Assembly: GCA_030587475.2 (NCBI GenBank)
Contig: JAUQYZ020000059.1
Location: 1-64,000 of the forward strand
Origin: Candidatus Sigynarchaeum calidifontis
GTDB lineage: Archaea; Asgardarchaeota; Lokiarchaeia; Sigyniarchaeales; Sigyniarchaeaceae
DNA: 64,000 nucleotides
Direction: 5' to 3'
This document shows, one piece after another, positions 1-7,918 of the stretch; the first letter of the stretch is position 1; the number at the start of each line of letters is the position of its first letter. The notes beneath the pieces are model-generated. The model was not told where the DNA came from and searched no databases. It saw nothing but the letters and a program-made list of their open reading frames with translations. Both the position numbers and the translations under genes were made by a program.

Positions 1-2
1 CC

Positions 3-131
3 CTCGGAGACAATCCTCTCCCCGAGGATCTCGTGAAGCACCTTGGCGGATTCTGCGCTGACCCGATGGCCAGCACCACCGTGGCCGACCCGCAAGCCTT
101 CGTCCGCTACTGCCGCGAGCGGGGGCTTTGA
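3..131 (+). CDS. 3' end of a leucine-rich repeat protein (truncated by window edge)
   Basis: Frame from nt 3 reads LGDNPLPEDLVKHLGGFCADPMASTTVADPQAFVRYCRERGL*, the same C-terminal cap as the next LRR gene (LGGF...VADAQAFVRYCREHGL). Confidence 0.85.
   Translation, partial: LGDNPLPEDLVKHLGGFCADPMASTTVADPQAFVRYCRERGL
81..131 (+). repeat. Repeat A copy 1 (LRR gene 3' end)
   Basis: gtggccgacccgcaagccttcgtccgctactgccgcgagcgggggctttga. Confidence 0.85.
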
Positions 132-158
132 GCAACCCATTTTTCGAGGCCGAGTCGA

Positions 159-1280
159 ATGGAGCAGCGGTTCGTAACCCACGACGGCGAGCGATTCCCG
201 GTCACGTGCTATGGCCGGCGGCAACTCGTGTCGATCAACACCCACGACGTCGACAGCATCGCCGACATCGAGGGCCTCGACGACCTCGATCACCTCGTGG
301 TCCTCGACCTCGGCGACAACAACATCCAGCGCATCGAAGGCCTCGAGAAGCACGAGCATTTAGAAATGCTCTATCTTTCCGGGAACAACATCTCCCGCAT
401 CGAGGGCCTCGATTCGCTGCTGCACCTCAAGTGCTTGGATCTCCAGGGCAACCGGATCTCCTCCATTGAAGGTCTCGAAGCACTGGGCGGCATCCACTTT
501 GGATCCACCGACCCTGACGACATCGACCTGTTCCCGGGCATCGCGGGCCTCACCCACCTCGACCTCGGCGGCAACAACATCGCCCGCATCGAGGGCCTCG
601 ACAAGCTCGTGAACCTCGCGGTCCTCGATCTTGCCGATAACCAGATCACCAGGATCGAGGGCCTCGAAAAGCTCCTGCGTCTCAAGCGCTTGGTCCTCGC
701 GAGGAACCAGATCACCCGCATCGAGGGCCTCGCCGCGCTCGCCAGCCTCGAAGAGCTGATCCTCGGCCGGAACCGGATCGACAGCTTGGACGGGCTCGAT
801 GGGTTGACTAATCTCCGTAATCTCGTCTTGTACGACAACCGGATCGCCGAGATCACCGGGTTGGAGAAATTGACCGCCCTGGAGCGAATAGATCTCAGAG
901 ACAACTTCATTTCCTTCATCCACGGCCTCGATTCGCTCGGGCATTTGCGCGAGTTGTGGTTCGACCGGAATATCATCGAGAGCATCGATGGCCTCGAAAA
1001 ACTCACCAACCTGGAACGCTTGGGATTGGCCATGAACCGCATCACGCAAATTCGCGGGTTGGACTCGCTGGTGAACCTGGAGGTCCTTGATCTCGGCCAT
1101 AATTTCATTCACGAGGTCCGCGGCCTCGGCCATCTGGGCAAGCTCAAGCACCTCTACCTTGACGTCACGTTGATCCCGCCCGATGTCATCGCCCGCCTCG
1201 GCGGTTTTTTCCCCGGATCGGAAAGCCTCGTGGCCGATGCGCAAGCATTCGTCCGCTACTGCCGCGAGCATGGCCTTTGA
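159..1280 (+). CDS. SDS22-class leucine-rich repeat protein (373 aa)
   Basis: Tandem 22-aa repeats LxxLxLxxNxIxxIEGLxxL throughout; C-cap AQAFVRYCREHGL. Confidence 0.95.
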   Translation: MEQRFVTHDGERFPVTCYGRRQLVSINTHDVDSIADIEGLDDLDHLVVLDLGDNNIQRIEGLEKHEHLEMLYLSGNNISRIEGLDSLLHLKCLDLQGNRISSIEGLEALGGIHFGSTDPDDIDLFPGIAGLTHLDLGGNNIARIEGLDKLVNLAVLDLADNQITRIEGLEKLLRLKRLVLARNQITRIEGLAALASLEELILGRNRIDSLDGLDGLTNLRNLVLYDNRIAEITGLEKLTALERIDLRDNFISFIHGLDSLGHLRELWFDRNIIESIDGLEKLTNLERLGLAMNRITQIRGLDSLVNLEVLDLGHNFIHEVRGLGHLGKLKHLYLDVTLIPPDVIARLGGFFPGSESLVADAQAFVRYCREHGL

Positions 1281-1308
1281 GCCCTGCCCGGCGCTCCCGC
1301 CTCGGCAG
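1230..1308 (+). repeat. Repeat A copy 2 (LRR 3' end plus GC-rich tail)
   Basis: gtggccgatgcgcaagcattcgtccgctactgccgcgagcatggcctttgagccctgcccggcgctcccgcctcggcag. Confidence 0.9.
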
Positions 1309-1422
1309 TGGCGCTCATCCTCCTGCCTTAACCTATTTCTATAGAACGTAAGACACAGTTTTAGGAATCACCATGTCAAAGAACGAACGATAATTGAGAT
1401 ATGAATCGATAGAGTATTGATT

Positions 1423-2169
1423 TTATCCCCAGAACACGTCGGGGACGACAGGACGCCCGAACATCGCCGATGCTTCCGCAAGAAAATCACGGAAATGGAT
1501 CTTAAAAAAATTCACGAATTTCGTGAGATTCGGATCAACATCATCATTACCTCTTCGGCCGGCCCACTCCTGGAAAATGATAAAACGTGAATTAGCAAAT
1601 TCGTGTGGATCGCCATTCTGGACATAGTAATCCTTGATTGGCTCAACCTCGTAGACATACATGGTGCCATGGTGACAAAGATAGTAGAAATAATGATAAT
1701 CATCGCCGGCTGGAAAATCTAAGCCAATAAATTTCTCGAATTCTGATTGAATCGAATCTACCAACCCCGGATTCGAGATAAGGCGGATCATCTGTGCGTT
1801 ACTATTGTTTTGGTCGTATTCGCTATACCTGTTCTTTGCCGGGGGTGTAGGAAAATCGGCGGGGTCGTACCCTTGAACCCCGATCCAGAGATCCGCTTGG
1901 CATGGCTCCCATCCCTTTTCTCGGAGATATTTTTCCACGGCAACCTGACGCTCCACGGGCTTCAACTCGCGGCATAGCGGCGTTGTGTCGGAGATGATGC
2001 CATCCCTCCGTAGATCAGCCACGATCCTCGCATTTTCGGCCTCGGATGGATAGTTGTTGGCGGCAAGCCCGTGCTTATCGAGGAGATGGAGCATGCCGAT
2101 GAGCTGTTCAACGGACGGGACAAAAAGCGGATCGTCGACCTTTATGAAGAAATCGAGATCAATGCCCAT
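1423..2169 (-). CDS. Hypothetical protein (248 aa)
   Basis: Long ATG-initiated ORF with acidic/aromatic globular composition; TATA-like sequence ~30-40 nt upstream; no recognisable motif. Confidence 0.75.
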   Translation of the reverse strand: MGIDLDFFIKVDDPLFVPSVEQLIGMLHLLDKHGLAANNYPSEAENARIVADLRRDGIISDTTPLCRELKPVERQVAVEKYLREKGWEPCQADLWIGVQGYDPADFPTPPAKNRYSEYDQNNSNAQMIRLISNPGLVDSIQSEFEKFIGLDFPAGDDYHYFYYLCHHGTMYVYEVEPIKDYYVQNGDPHEFANSRFIIFQEWAGRRGNDDVDPNLTKFVNFFKIHFRDFLAEASAMFGRPVVPDVFWG

Positions 2170-2244
2170 ATAGCGTCACCATTTCTTAGCGAGCATCTTA
2201 AAGATATAAGCACACTCTGCACATTCTAAGAGGCTAGCCAAAAA

Positions 2245-3243
2245 CTAACTCTTTTTTGTGTCTTCTTCCGGTTGTGGTGGAACAGGCACGTTCATAGGAA
2301 TTGGAACGAGAATCTGATCGCTCTTCCTGATGAAAGCCTTCCCGGTATGATTCTCGATGATCTTGACGGCGGACGTCCCGTTGAATGTGTGTGTTGTCGC
2401 ATGGTACACCGATAAGACCAAATCTTGCAATTGCTGGTCACTCTCTAAATCGGTAATTCGCAGGGAGAACTTGGTTCTAGCTTGATCGCGAGGAATAAAT
2501 CGCCCGTGGCTCAAGAAATTCGCATGTTTAGCTAACTGTAGTGCGATTCTACCTGCTTTCTTCTGTATGTCCGGCTCGTTCTTGAACATGAACGCTTTCA
2601 ACCACGTTTTTACTAGTATTTTTGAAAGCTCGATAGCATTTTTGCATTGGACGAGTAGTGCTGGGCCATATTGTTCGATAATGGGCAACCAGACTCCTAA
2701 ATTCGAGGGATCCTCTTTGCACTCTTTTTTCGCAATTTGAAACTGTTCGACAATAGCATGTGCCGGAATGGCCTGGAGTCCATTCCGGGATGGAACCAGC
2801 ATTTGGGGGTCGATGGGGCCGATATAGGAATGTTTTCCCATCACGATTTCGTCAGCACTGCACGCGAGCATCGTTGCCGCAGACATAGCTGCGTGGGGGA
2901 TTATAACGCGAATATAGGAGAACTTGGTTCTCAAATAATTCACAATCGCCTCGGTTGCCTCTGGAGAGCCACCTGGACTGTGTAATATAATATCTAACTT
3001 GTCCCCTTTTAACCCGTTAATCACTTCCATGAATCCCTGGACATCACCAATATTAATACTCAGCATATCCGACGAGACTGGGCCTTTCGGCATTGTCCAA
3101 TTCGTTGCATATAGAATGATGTTATTTTTTGTATGCTCATGGAGCTTGGCAAGGTATAGGCGTCGAATCGCGTCGAAAGGTGGTGTTTTGAGTTTTTCCC
3201 CAGTGATACTTAATTCTTTGAGAATTTCGCCCCATGTCGGCAT
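2245..3243 (-). CDS. SDH-family Clp-fold serine proteinase
   Basis: LHSPGG, AMSAATMLA (catalytic Ser), GPIDPQ (Asp) and SHG (His) motifs in Ser-Asp-His order; ATG at 3243. Confidence 0.9.
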   Translation of the reverse strand: MPTWGEILKELSITGEKLKTPPFDAIRRLYLAKLHEHTKNNIILYATNWTMPKGPVSSDMLSINIGDVQGFMEVINGLKGDKLDIILHSPGGSPEATEAIVNYLRTKFSYIRVIIPHAAMSAATMLACSADEIVMGKHSYIGPIDPQMLVPSRNGLQAIPAHAIVEQFQIAKKECKEDPSNLGVWLPIIEQYGPALLVQCKNAIELSKILVKTWLKAFMFKNEPDIQKKAGRIALQLAKHANFLSHGRFIPRDQARTKFSLRITDLESDQQLQDLVLSVYHATTHTFNGTSAVKIIENHTGKAFIRKSDQILVPIPMNVPVPPQPEEDTKKS

Positions 3244-3261
3244 AAAAATAATCACGAAAGA

Positions 3262-3450
3262 TTAATCAGAAGAGTCAGTGATCGAGAGCGTGAATTTCGG
3301 GTTCATTTCTTTTAAATAAGCCTCACTACCTTCTAAAAAATGTTTGTAATTACCATATACCTTCATTAAATCAACTATCCCCGCGTTCTTGTTTAATTCA
3401 AGCAATTCGGTATATTCCTTCTCGATATCATCCGTTTTTTGCTGCTTCAT
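3262..3450 (-). CDS. Small hypothetical protein (~62 aa) upstream of the SDH protease
   Basis: MKQQKTDDIEKEY... ORF, same strand, stop 18 nt before the protease ATG. Confidence 0.55.
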   Translation of the reverse strand: MKQQKTDDIEKEYTELLELNKNAGIVDLMKVYGNYKHFLEGSEAYLKEMNPKFTLSITDSSD

Positions 3451-3598
3451 GAACCAACCACTTTTCACTCTGATTCTACATCCAATAGAGTTATTTGAAG
3501 ACAACTAAAAATGCTTTGCCAGATTGAGATATAGATCTCAATAACCAGTTAGAAGAAATTGATTGAAAATATTTCTCCATACGTATTTATGGGATGAT

Positions 3599-3617
3599 AT
3601 CCGCCAGTGCCTCGACC
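3599..3617 (+). repeat. Repeat B stub (copy 0)
   Basis: atccgccagtgcctcgacc matches atccgccagcgcctcgacc at ~7499-7517 with one mismatch in 19 nt; lies at the junction of the AT-rich insert and the LRR fragment. Confidence 0.6.
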
Positions 3618-4041
3618 ACCTTTATACCATAACCGTATCCATCGCATCGAGGGCTTGGTCAATACCAAAAAGCTAGATTACCTCTTTCTCAGCCACAACC
3701 AGATCAAAAAGATCGAGGCACTCGAGCAGCTCACCCAGTTGAAAGAATTGCACCTAACAAAAAACCTGATCGTAAAGATCGAGCGACTTTCGCATCTAAC
3801 CCGATTGGAGGCGCTCTATATTGCCGAGAATCCCATCTCGAAGATCGAGGGTCTTGAAAAACTCGTCAACCTCCATACTCTCGGTTTAAGCGATAACCAG
3901 ATCGAAAAGCTCGAAGGCCTTGGCCACTTCGCCAACCTCAAGACCCTTTACATCGGCGGCAACAAGTTTCCCGCCATCCCCGGCCTCGACCTCGCCAATG
4001 CGCAAGCCGTCGTCCGCTACTGCCGCGAGCATGGCCTTTGA
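3607..4041 (+). pseudogene. 5'-truncated SDS22-class LRR gene
   Basis: About six LRRs and the AQAVVRYCREHGL cap; starts mid-repeat at a GTG inside the repeat B stub, with stops in the upstream sequence. Confidence 0.7.
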
Positions 4042-4070
4042 GCCCCGCCCGGCGCCCCCCCGCGTCGCAG
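3991..4070 (+). repeat. Repeat A copy 3
   Basis: ctcgccaatgcgcaagccgtcgtccgctactgccgcgagcatggcctttgagccccgcccggcgccccc. Confidence 0.9.
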
Positions 4071-4225
4071 CACGGGTGCCACGTATCGTGATCGGGTGAA
4101 ACCGGCGGGAATACGGGAATGCGGAAACGGGTCCGCTCCAATAACCTGTCGCCCCTCATTTTCGTGCAAAAAGGCGGCACGTTGGCAAGGTACATGATAG
4201 CATCGGGCATCAGCAAAAACGATAA

Positions 4226-4978
4226 TCATTCGCGGGCAAGGCGTCGTTTCAGTTCTTCGATCTCCTTGTCCTTTTGGACGATTTCCTCGTCCTTTTCGGC
4301 GATCTCCTTGTCCTTTTCGGCGATTTCCTGTTCCGCCTTCGCCTTGTACTCGGCCAGCTCCCGCTCCTTGTCCACGACCCTGATGATGTTGTCCACCGGC
4401 ACCAGGATCTTTCCCGGCACGCCCAGCTTCTTGGCCGCCTGCTCTTTCGCTTTTTGCACCATGCGCACCACCAGGTTGGCAGTCTGGTCGAAATCGATGT
4501 CCAGGCTATCTATGGCGATCCACGTTAATAAATACTGGCATGGCGGCTTCGGGCTGGCGAATCCCTCGAACGCGTAGATAAAAAAGATCCACGTCTTGTC
4601 GACGGGGTTGCCCTCGAAGGCCGCCATCGCCGTGCCCCGTATCGTCTCCATCGTCGCCATGGTGAGTGATTTGACTTCAACCGATGCCATCGTGTCGTCG
4701 AAATAGATGTCCACGCGCTCGCCGCCGCTGTGCATCTCCATTCGGCCTGCTGTCCCGAATTCCGCGTGCTTTCCCAGGATCTTGAACACGTGGTGCTGGG
4801 CGCCCTTGTCCTTGCCCTTGGTCTCGTCCCGGATGTATTGCACGACGTCCATCACGCCCTTGCAGAAGTAGACGCGGACGTCCACGGGTTTCCGCCGCAC
4901 CCGCACGAGCAGCGCGTCGCGCAGCGCGGGCACGAGTGCCGCGATCGCCGCCTCGCGTTCCTGCCACGTTTTTTCCAT
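4226..4978 (-). CDS. Putative PD-(D/E)XK-fold protein with C-terminal heptad coiled coil (250 aa)
   Basis: ERVDIYF...VEVKS resembles the D...(E/D)xK nuclease motif; tail of EIAEKDK heptads; TTTAAA box 26-31 nt upstream of ATG. Confidence 0.7.
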   Translation of the reverse strand: MEKTWQEREAAIAALVPALRDALLVRVRRKPVDVRVYFCKGVMDVVQYIRDETKGKDKGAQHHVFKILGKHAEFGTAGRMEMHSGGERVDIYFDDTMASVEVKSLTMATMETIRGTAMAAFEGNPVDKTWIFFIYAFEGFASPKPPCQYLLTWIAIDSLDIDFDQTANLVVRMVQKAKEQAAKKLGVPGKILVPVDNIIRVVDKERELAEYKAKAEQEIAEKDKEIAEKDEEIVQKDKEIEELKRRLARE

Positions 4979-5003
4979 GGTGGATTGATATTTCGAGTGG
5001 GGA

Positions 5004-5009
5004 TTTAAA
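5004..5009 (-). promoter_or_regulatory. Putative TATA box for the 4226..4978 gene
   Basis: TTTAAA 26-31 nt upstream of the ATG, the spacing expected for a leaderless archaeal transcript. Confidence 0.5.
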
Positions 5010-5056
5010 CGTTCGACACCATCGAATCTCTAGAAACGGCGCCACGATCGGCCTTG

Positions 5057-5120
5057 GCGGTCGCGTGCTACTGCCGCGAGCTTGGCCACTGAGCCCCGCC
5101 CGGCGCCCCCGGCATGGCAG
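5057..5120 (+). repeat. Repeat A copy 4 (orphan, degenerate)
   Basis: gcggtcgcgtgctactgccgcgagcttggccactgagccccgcccggcgcccccggcatggcag encodes AVACYCRELGH* with no LRR gene in front. Confidence 0.85.
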
Positions 5121-5280
5121 TACCGGTTAGCCGGCAATGCCCCCTAATTTTTTCCAACTCAACGTTTTCCCTCGCCGCTGCCGGGATGGGCGCCCGCGCC
5201 CGGTTCCTCGAGTCCGCCCCCCGAGAAAAAAAAACGTTCCCCCATGAACCGATCTCGCGCCGACCGATTCCCGCTCTGGC

Positions 5281-5392
5281 GAACGCCCGCCAGCGCCTCG
5301 ACCCGCAAGCCGTCGACCCCATCCTCAAGCAAGTCGCCCTCCAGCACCTCAACTACCTCGAAGGCACGTACTACGAGAAGCGCGAATTCTAA
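5281..5392 (+). repeat. Repeat B copy 1 (orphan gene 3' end)
   Basis: Encodes NARQRLDPQAVDPILKQVALQHLNYLEGTYYEKREF* with host-like GC-ending codons but has no convincing 5' gene body. Confidence 0.9.
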
Positions 5393-5520
5393 GATCGTTA
5401 TATATCTTTTATTCACTTCAATAATTTTATCGATACTTTAATTTTCTTCCATTTAATTTCTAATAGCGCTAGCCCGGATGAGATTTTGCATTTGAAACAA
5501 CTCTTGACTTACTATATCAA

Positions 5521-5550
5521 TGTTTACAAATGTTTATATTCGTTTACATT
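5521..5550 (+). promoter_or_regulatory. Three 10-bp tandem repeats overlapping a TATA-like box (candidate TA operator)
   Basis: TGTTTACAAA / TGTTTATATT / CGTTTACATT immediately upstream of the PIN gene start. Confidence 0.5.
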
Positions 5551-5563
5551 TATCATGTTTTTG

Positions 5564-6082
5564 ATGACAGTAATCATTTCCGACGCGTCGATGCTCATAC
5601 TCGTATCTAAATTGGACATCTTGGACACGATACTCGAAACGTTCGGATCCATCATCATTCCCGAAGGCGTGCGCGTGGAAGTCGTTGATCGAGGCAAAGA
5701 AGGCAAGAAAATGGATGCATTACTCGTGGAAAAAAGGATCGGTGATGGAAAGATCATCGTGAAAAAAATAACAAAAGATGATGAAAAAAACAAGTTGATG
5801 AATGATTTTAACATACATTCGGGAGAAGCAGAAGCCATCCTTCTCTACCTTGAAGAGAATGCCGATGTACTTGGCACCGATGATTATCAAACGCTGAAAA
5901 CTTGCAAGATTTTGAATATACGATATTTCACGACGCCGATATTTTTGTTGCAGAGTCATACAAACCGGAAAATCGACAAAGCATTTGCTTTGCGCAAAAT
6001 GGATCGATTAGCTAAGATCGGATGGTACAAGGACGAAATCATCGATTATTTCACGAATGCCATAAAGAATGTAAAGTGGTGA
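5564..6082 (+). CDS. PIN-domain protein, DUF3368-like (VapC-type toxin)
   Basis: IISDAS, IIPEGVRVEV, HSGEAEAI and LGTDD acidic PIN motifs; start may be 5555 or 5564. Confidence 0.85.
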   Translation: MTVIISDASMLILVSKLDILDTILETFGSIIIPEGVRVEVVDRGKEGKKMDALLVEKRIGDGKIIVKKITKDDEKNKLMNDFNIHSGEAEAILLYLEENADVLGTDDYQTLKTCKILNIRYFTTPIFLLQSHTNRKIDKAFALRKMDRLAKIGWYKDEIIDYFTNAIKNVKW

Positions 6083-6087
6083 TAAGA

Positions 6088-6393
6088 ATGTCGAACGTGA
6101 TATCAATTAGGATAAACAAGCATCTCGAAAAATTGATCGAGCTCCATGCACGCGAGGCACGGCTGGATCAATCCGATATCGTACGCGATCTCATAAACAA
6201 GGGCGGTATCTTCGTCGCGATCAAGGGATATGCAGAGGGAAAATATTCCGTGGAGAAAGCCGCATCCCTCGCAAGCCTTTCCTTATCCGAGTTCATGGAT
6301 CTGGTCATGAGCCTTGGAATCAGGTCGAGGATCGACGTGGACGACATGCTGGATGGATCTGGCTATCTTGATGCAGTTCTGCGCAAAAAATAA
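6088..6393 (+). CDS. UPF0175-like antitoxin with N-terminal ribbon-helix-helix
   Basis: VISIRI...SDIVRDLI (RHH) and YAEGKYSVEKAASLASLSLSEF (UPF0175 HTH pattern). Confidence 0.85.
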   Translation: MSNVISIRINKHLEKLIELHAREARLDQSDIVRDLINKGGIFVAIKGYAEGKYSVEKAASLASLSLSEFMDLVMSLGIRSRIDVDDMLDGSGYLDAVLRKK

Positions 6394-6406
6394 CCATTCT
6401 CAAGAT

Positions 6407-6472
6407 CTCGACCCGCAGGCCGTCGACCCGATTCTCAAGCAGGTCGCCCTCCAGCACCTCAACTACCTCGAA
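6407..6472 (+). repeat. Repeat B copy 2
   Basis: ctcgacccgcaggccgtcgacccgattctcaagcaggtcgccctccagcacctcaactacctcgaa; differs from copy 1 only at synonymous third positions. Confidence 0.95.
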
Positions 6473-6575
6473 AATCGAAGCTTCAAAATCGAAGCACGTT
6501 TTAGTCGTTTTTCGATTCAATTAAATTAATGCTAGAATTTATAGCAATAAAGTAACTTACAGATTATAGCACGAG

Positions 6576-6914
6576 ATGAAAGTGGCAAAGATGGAACAAA
6601 TCAACTTTCGCGTTAGCAAGGATGAAAAACAAGTCATCGACATAATCGCCCGCGCCAAGGGGATCAGCACGTCCGAGCTCGCGAAGCAAACAGTTTTGAA
6701 GGATATCAAGTCCACTCGTGTTGACCTCGCGTTTGAATTGCTCAAACAAGGCAAGATCGGTAGAAAAAAGACGTGGCTTATCTCTGGCCTTTCTGCTCAC
6801 GAGTTTCTCGTTGAATGGACCCGTCGTGGCGCGGAGGAGGTCATGCCCGACGACATGGTCGATCGCGAGCTCGAACTCGCGAAAGATCTTGATTTAAAGA
6901 GATTTATGCGTTAG
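6576..6914 (+). CDS. Antitoxin, RHH plus UPF0175-like
   Basis: QINFRVS...GISTSELAK (RHH) and LKQGKIGRKKTWLISGLSAHEF; directly upstream of a PIN gene. Confidence 0.8.
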   Translation: MKVAKMEQINFRVSKDEKQVIDIIARAKGISTSELAKQTVLKDIKSTRVDLAFELLKQGKIGRKKTWLISGLSAHEFLVEWTRRGAEEVMPDDMVDRELELAKDLDLKRFMR

Positions 6915-6947
6915 GATAGAGGAACAGTTCTGCGATTCCACGGGTGT

Positions 6948-7454
6948 ATGGTCATTCTGCTCTTGATCGACACGTGCTTCTGGAACCATTGCAAGGAGGT
7001 TCAAGAGGCGGGCATCTGGGACGCGCGTGATCTGCTCCCAAAATTTCGCTGGGGTTATACGAGCGCAATCCTTGAAGAGATCAAACACCACAAGCTAGAT
7101 GATTTCGTGCCTGTCGATCGCGCGATGCTTGTCCCTGCCAATGCCGACGAGATCGACACCCTAAAGCGATTTGATCCGGTTATTTCTGAATTTGACCTTG
7201 CAGACCAGTCTTTGCTGGTCGCCGGCCGCAGGGAACGAGGATTGGTACTCACGGATGATGGTCCTCTTGAGCTCGAGTGCATGGCGTTAGATATAGCGAC
7301 GTTTCGTCTCCCCACATTCATGCTCAAGTTGATACAAGATGGTCTCCTTAATAAAACAATTTTCAATAGGTGTTGGCGCTTGTGGGATGAGGCGCGCCGC
7401 TACCGAAAGGTGGATTTGAAGAAATGGCACGCGGCTTTACAATTGATAAAATGA
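6948..7454 (+). CDS. PIN-domain toxin (VapC-like)
   Basis: LLIDTC, TSAILEEI, DLADQSLL and VLTDDGPL acidic tetrad pattern. Confidence 0.85.
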   Translation: MVILLLIDTCFWNHCKEVQEAGIWDARDLLPKFRWGYTSAILEEIKHHKLDDFVPVDRAMLVPANADEIDTLKRFDPVISEFDLADQSLLVAGRRERGLVLTDDGPLELECMALDIATFRLPTFMLKLIQDGLLNKTIFNRCWRLWDEARRYRKVDLKKWHAALQLIK

Positions 7455-7495
7455 TTTTTGGCACCTCGATGGAGATTGGCAAATTCACATGAAGA

Positions 7496-7577
7496 GAACA
7501 TCCGCCAGCGCCTCGACCCGCAGCCGTCGACCCGATTCTCGAGCAAGTCATCCTCCAGCTGCTCGACTGCCTTGTAG
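7496..7577 (+). repeat. Repeat B copy 3 (decayed)
   Basis: gaacatccgccagcgcctcgacccgca-gccgtcgacccgattctcgagcaagtcatcctccagctgctcgactgccttgtag; 1-nt deletion plus substitutions. Confidence 0.9.
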
Positions 7578-7616
7578 GTAAACTCCACGCGAATCGCTAC
7601 AAAAAGGACGGGGATG

Positions 7617-7792
7617 ATTCATGCGCGAGTCCTTGTTAAATCATTGCGATCTCATTCCTTTTCTCGACAATTTTCTCGTCAAGTTCGACAATTACCTTCT
7701 CCATCTTCGCTTTGTACTTTGCCTGCTCCCATTCCTTGTTCAAGACATTGATGATGATGTCCTTTTGCACCAGGATTATGCCCAAAACGCCC
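7617..7792 (-). pseudogene. Decayed 3' fragment paralogous to the 4226..4978 gene
   Basis: Minus strand reads GVLGIILVQKDIIINVLNKEWEQAKYKAKMEK...IVEKRNEIAMI*QGLAHE versus GVPGKILVPVDNIIRVVDKERELAEYKAKAEQ...IVQKDKEIEELKRRLARE. Confidence 0.8.
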
Positions 7793-7918
7793 CGCTTCGT
7801 GGTCCCCCTTTTTAGCTTTCTGGTTTAGTAGATCGTCTTGTATGGTCGGGTCTGGAAAATGGGGCAGTATTGGTCGAAAAATGTTTTTTTAAATCTCCGA
7901 TATAAGGCCATTATTAAT

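Noticed and set aside
159-4041. Diversity-generating retroelement acting on LRR 3' ends
   Set aside because: No reverse transcriptase in the window, and differences between copies are not confined to adenines.
5114-5392. 92-aa ORF as a real gene
   Set aside because: Only the last ~37 codons (repeat B) look coding; the 5' part is low-complexity intergenic-like sequence.
81-7577. Repeats A and B as a CRISPR array
   Set aside because: Repeats are long, degenerate, protein-coding-derived and separated by kilobase genes; no cas genes are visible.
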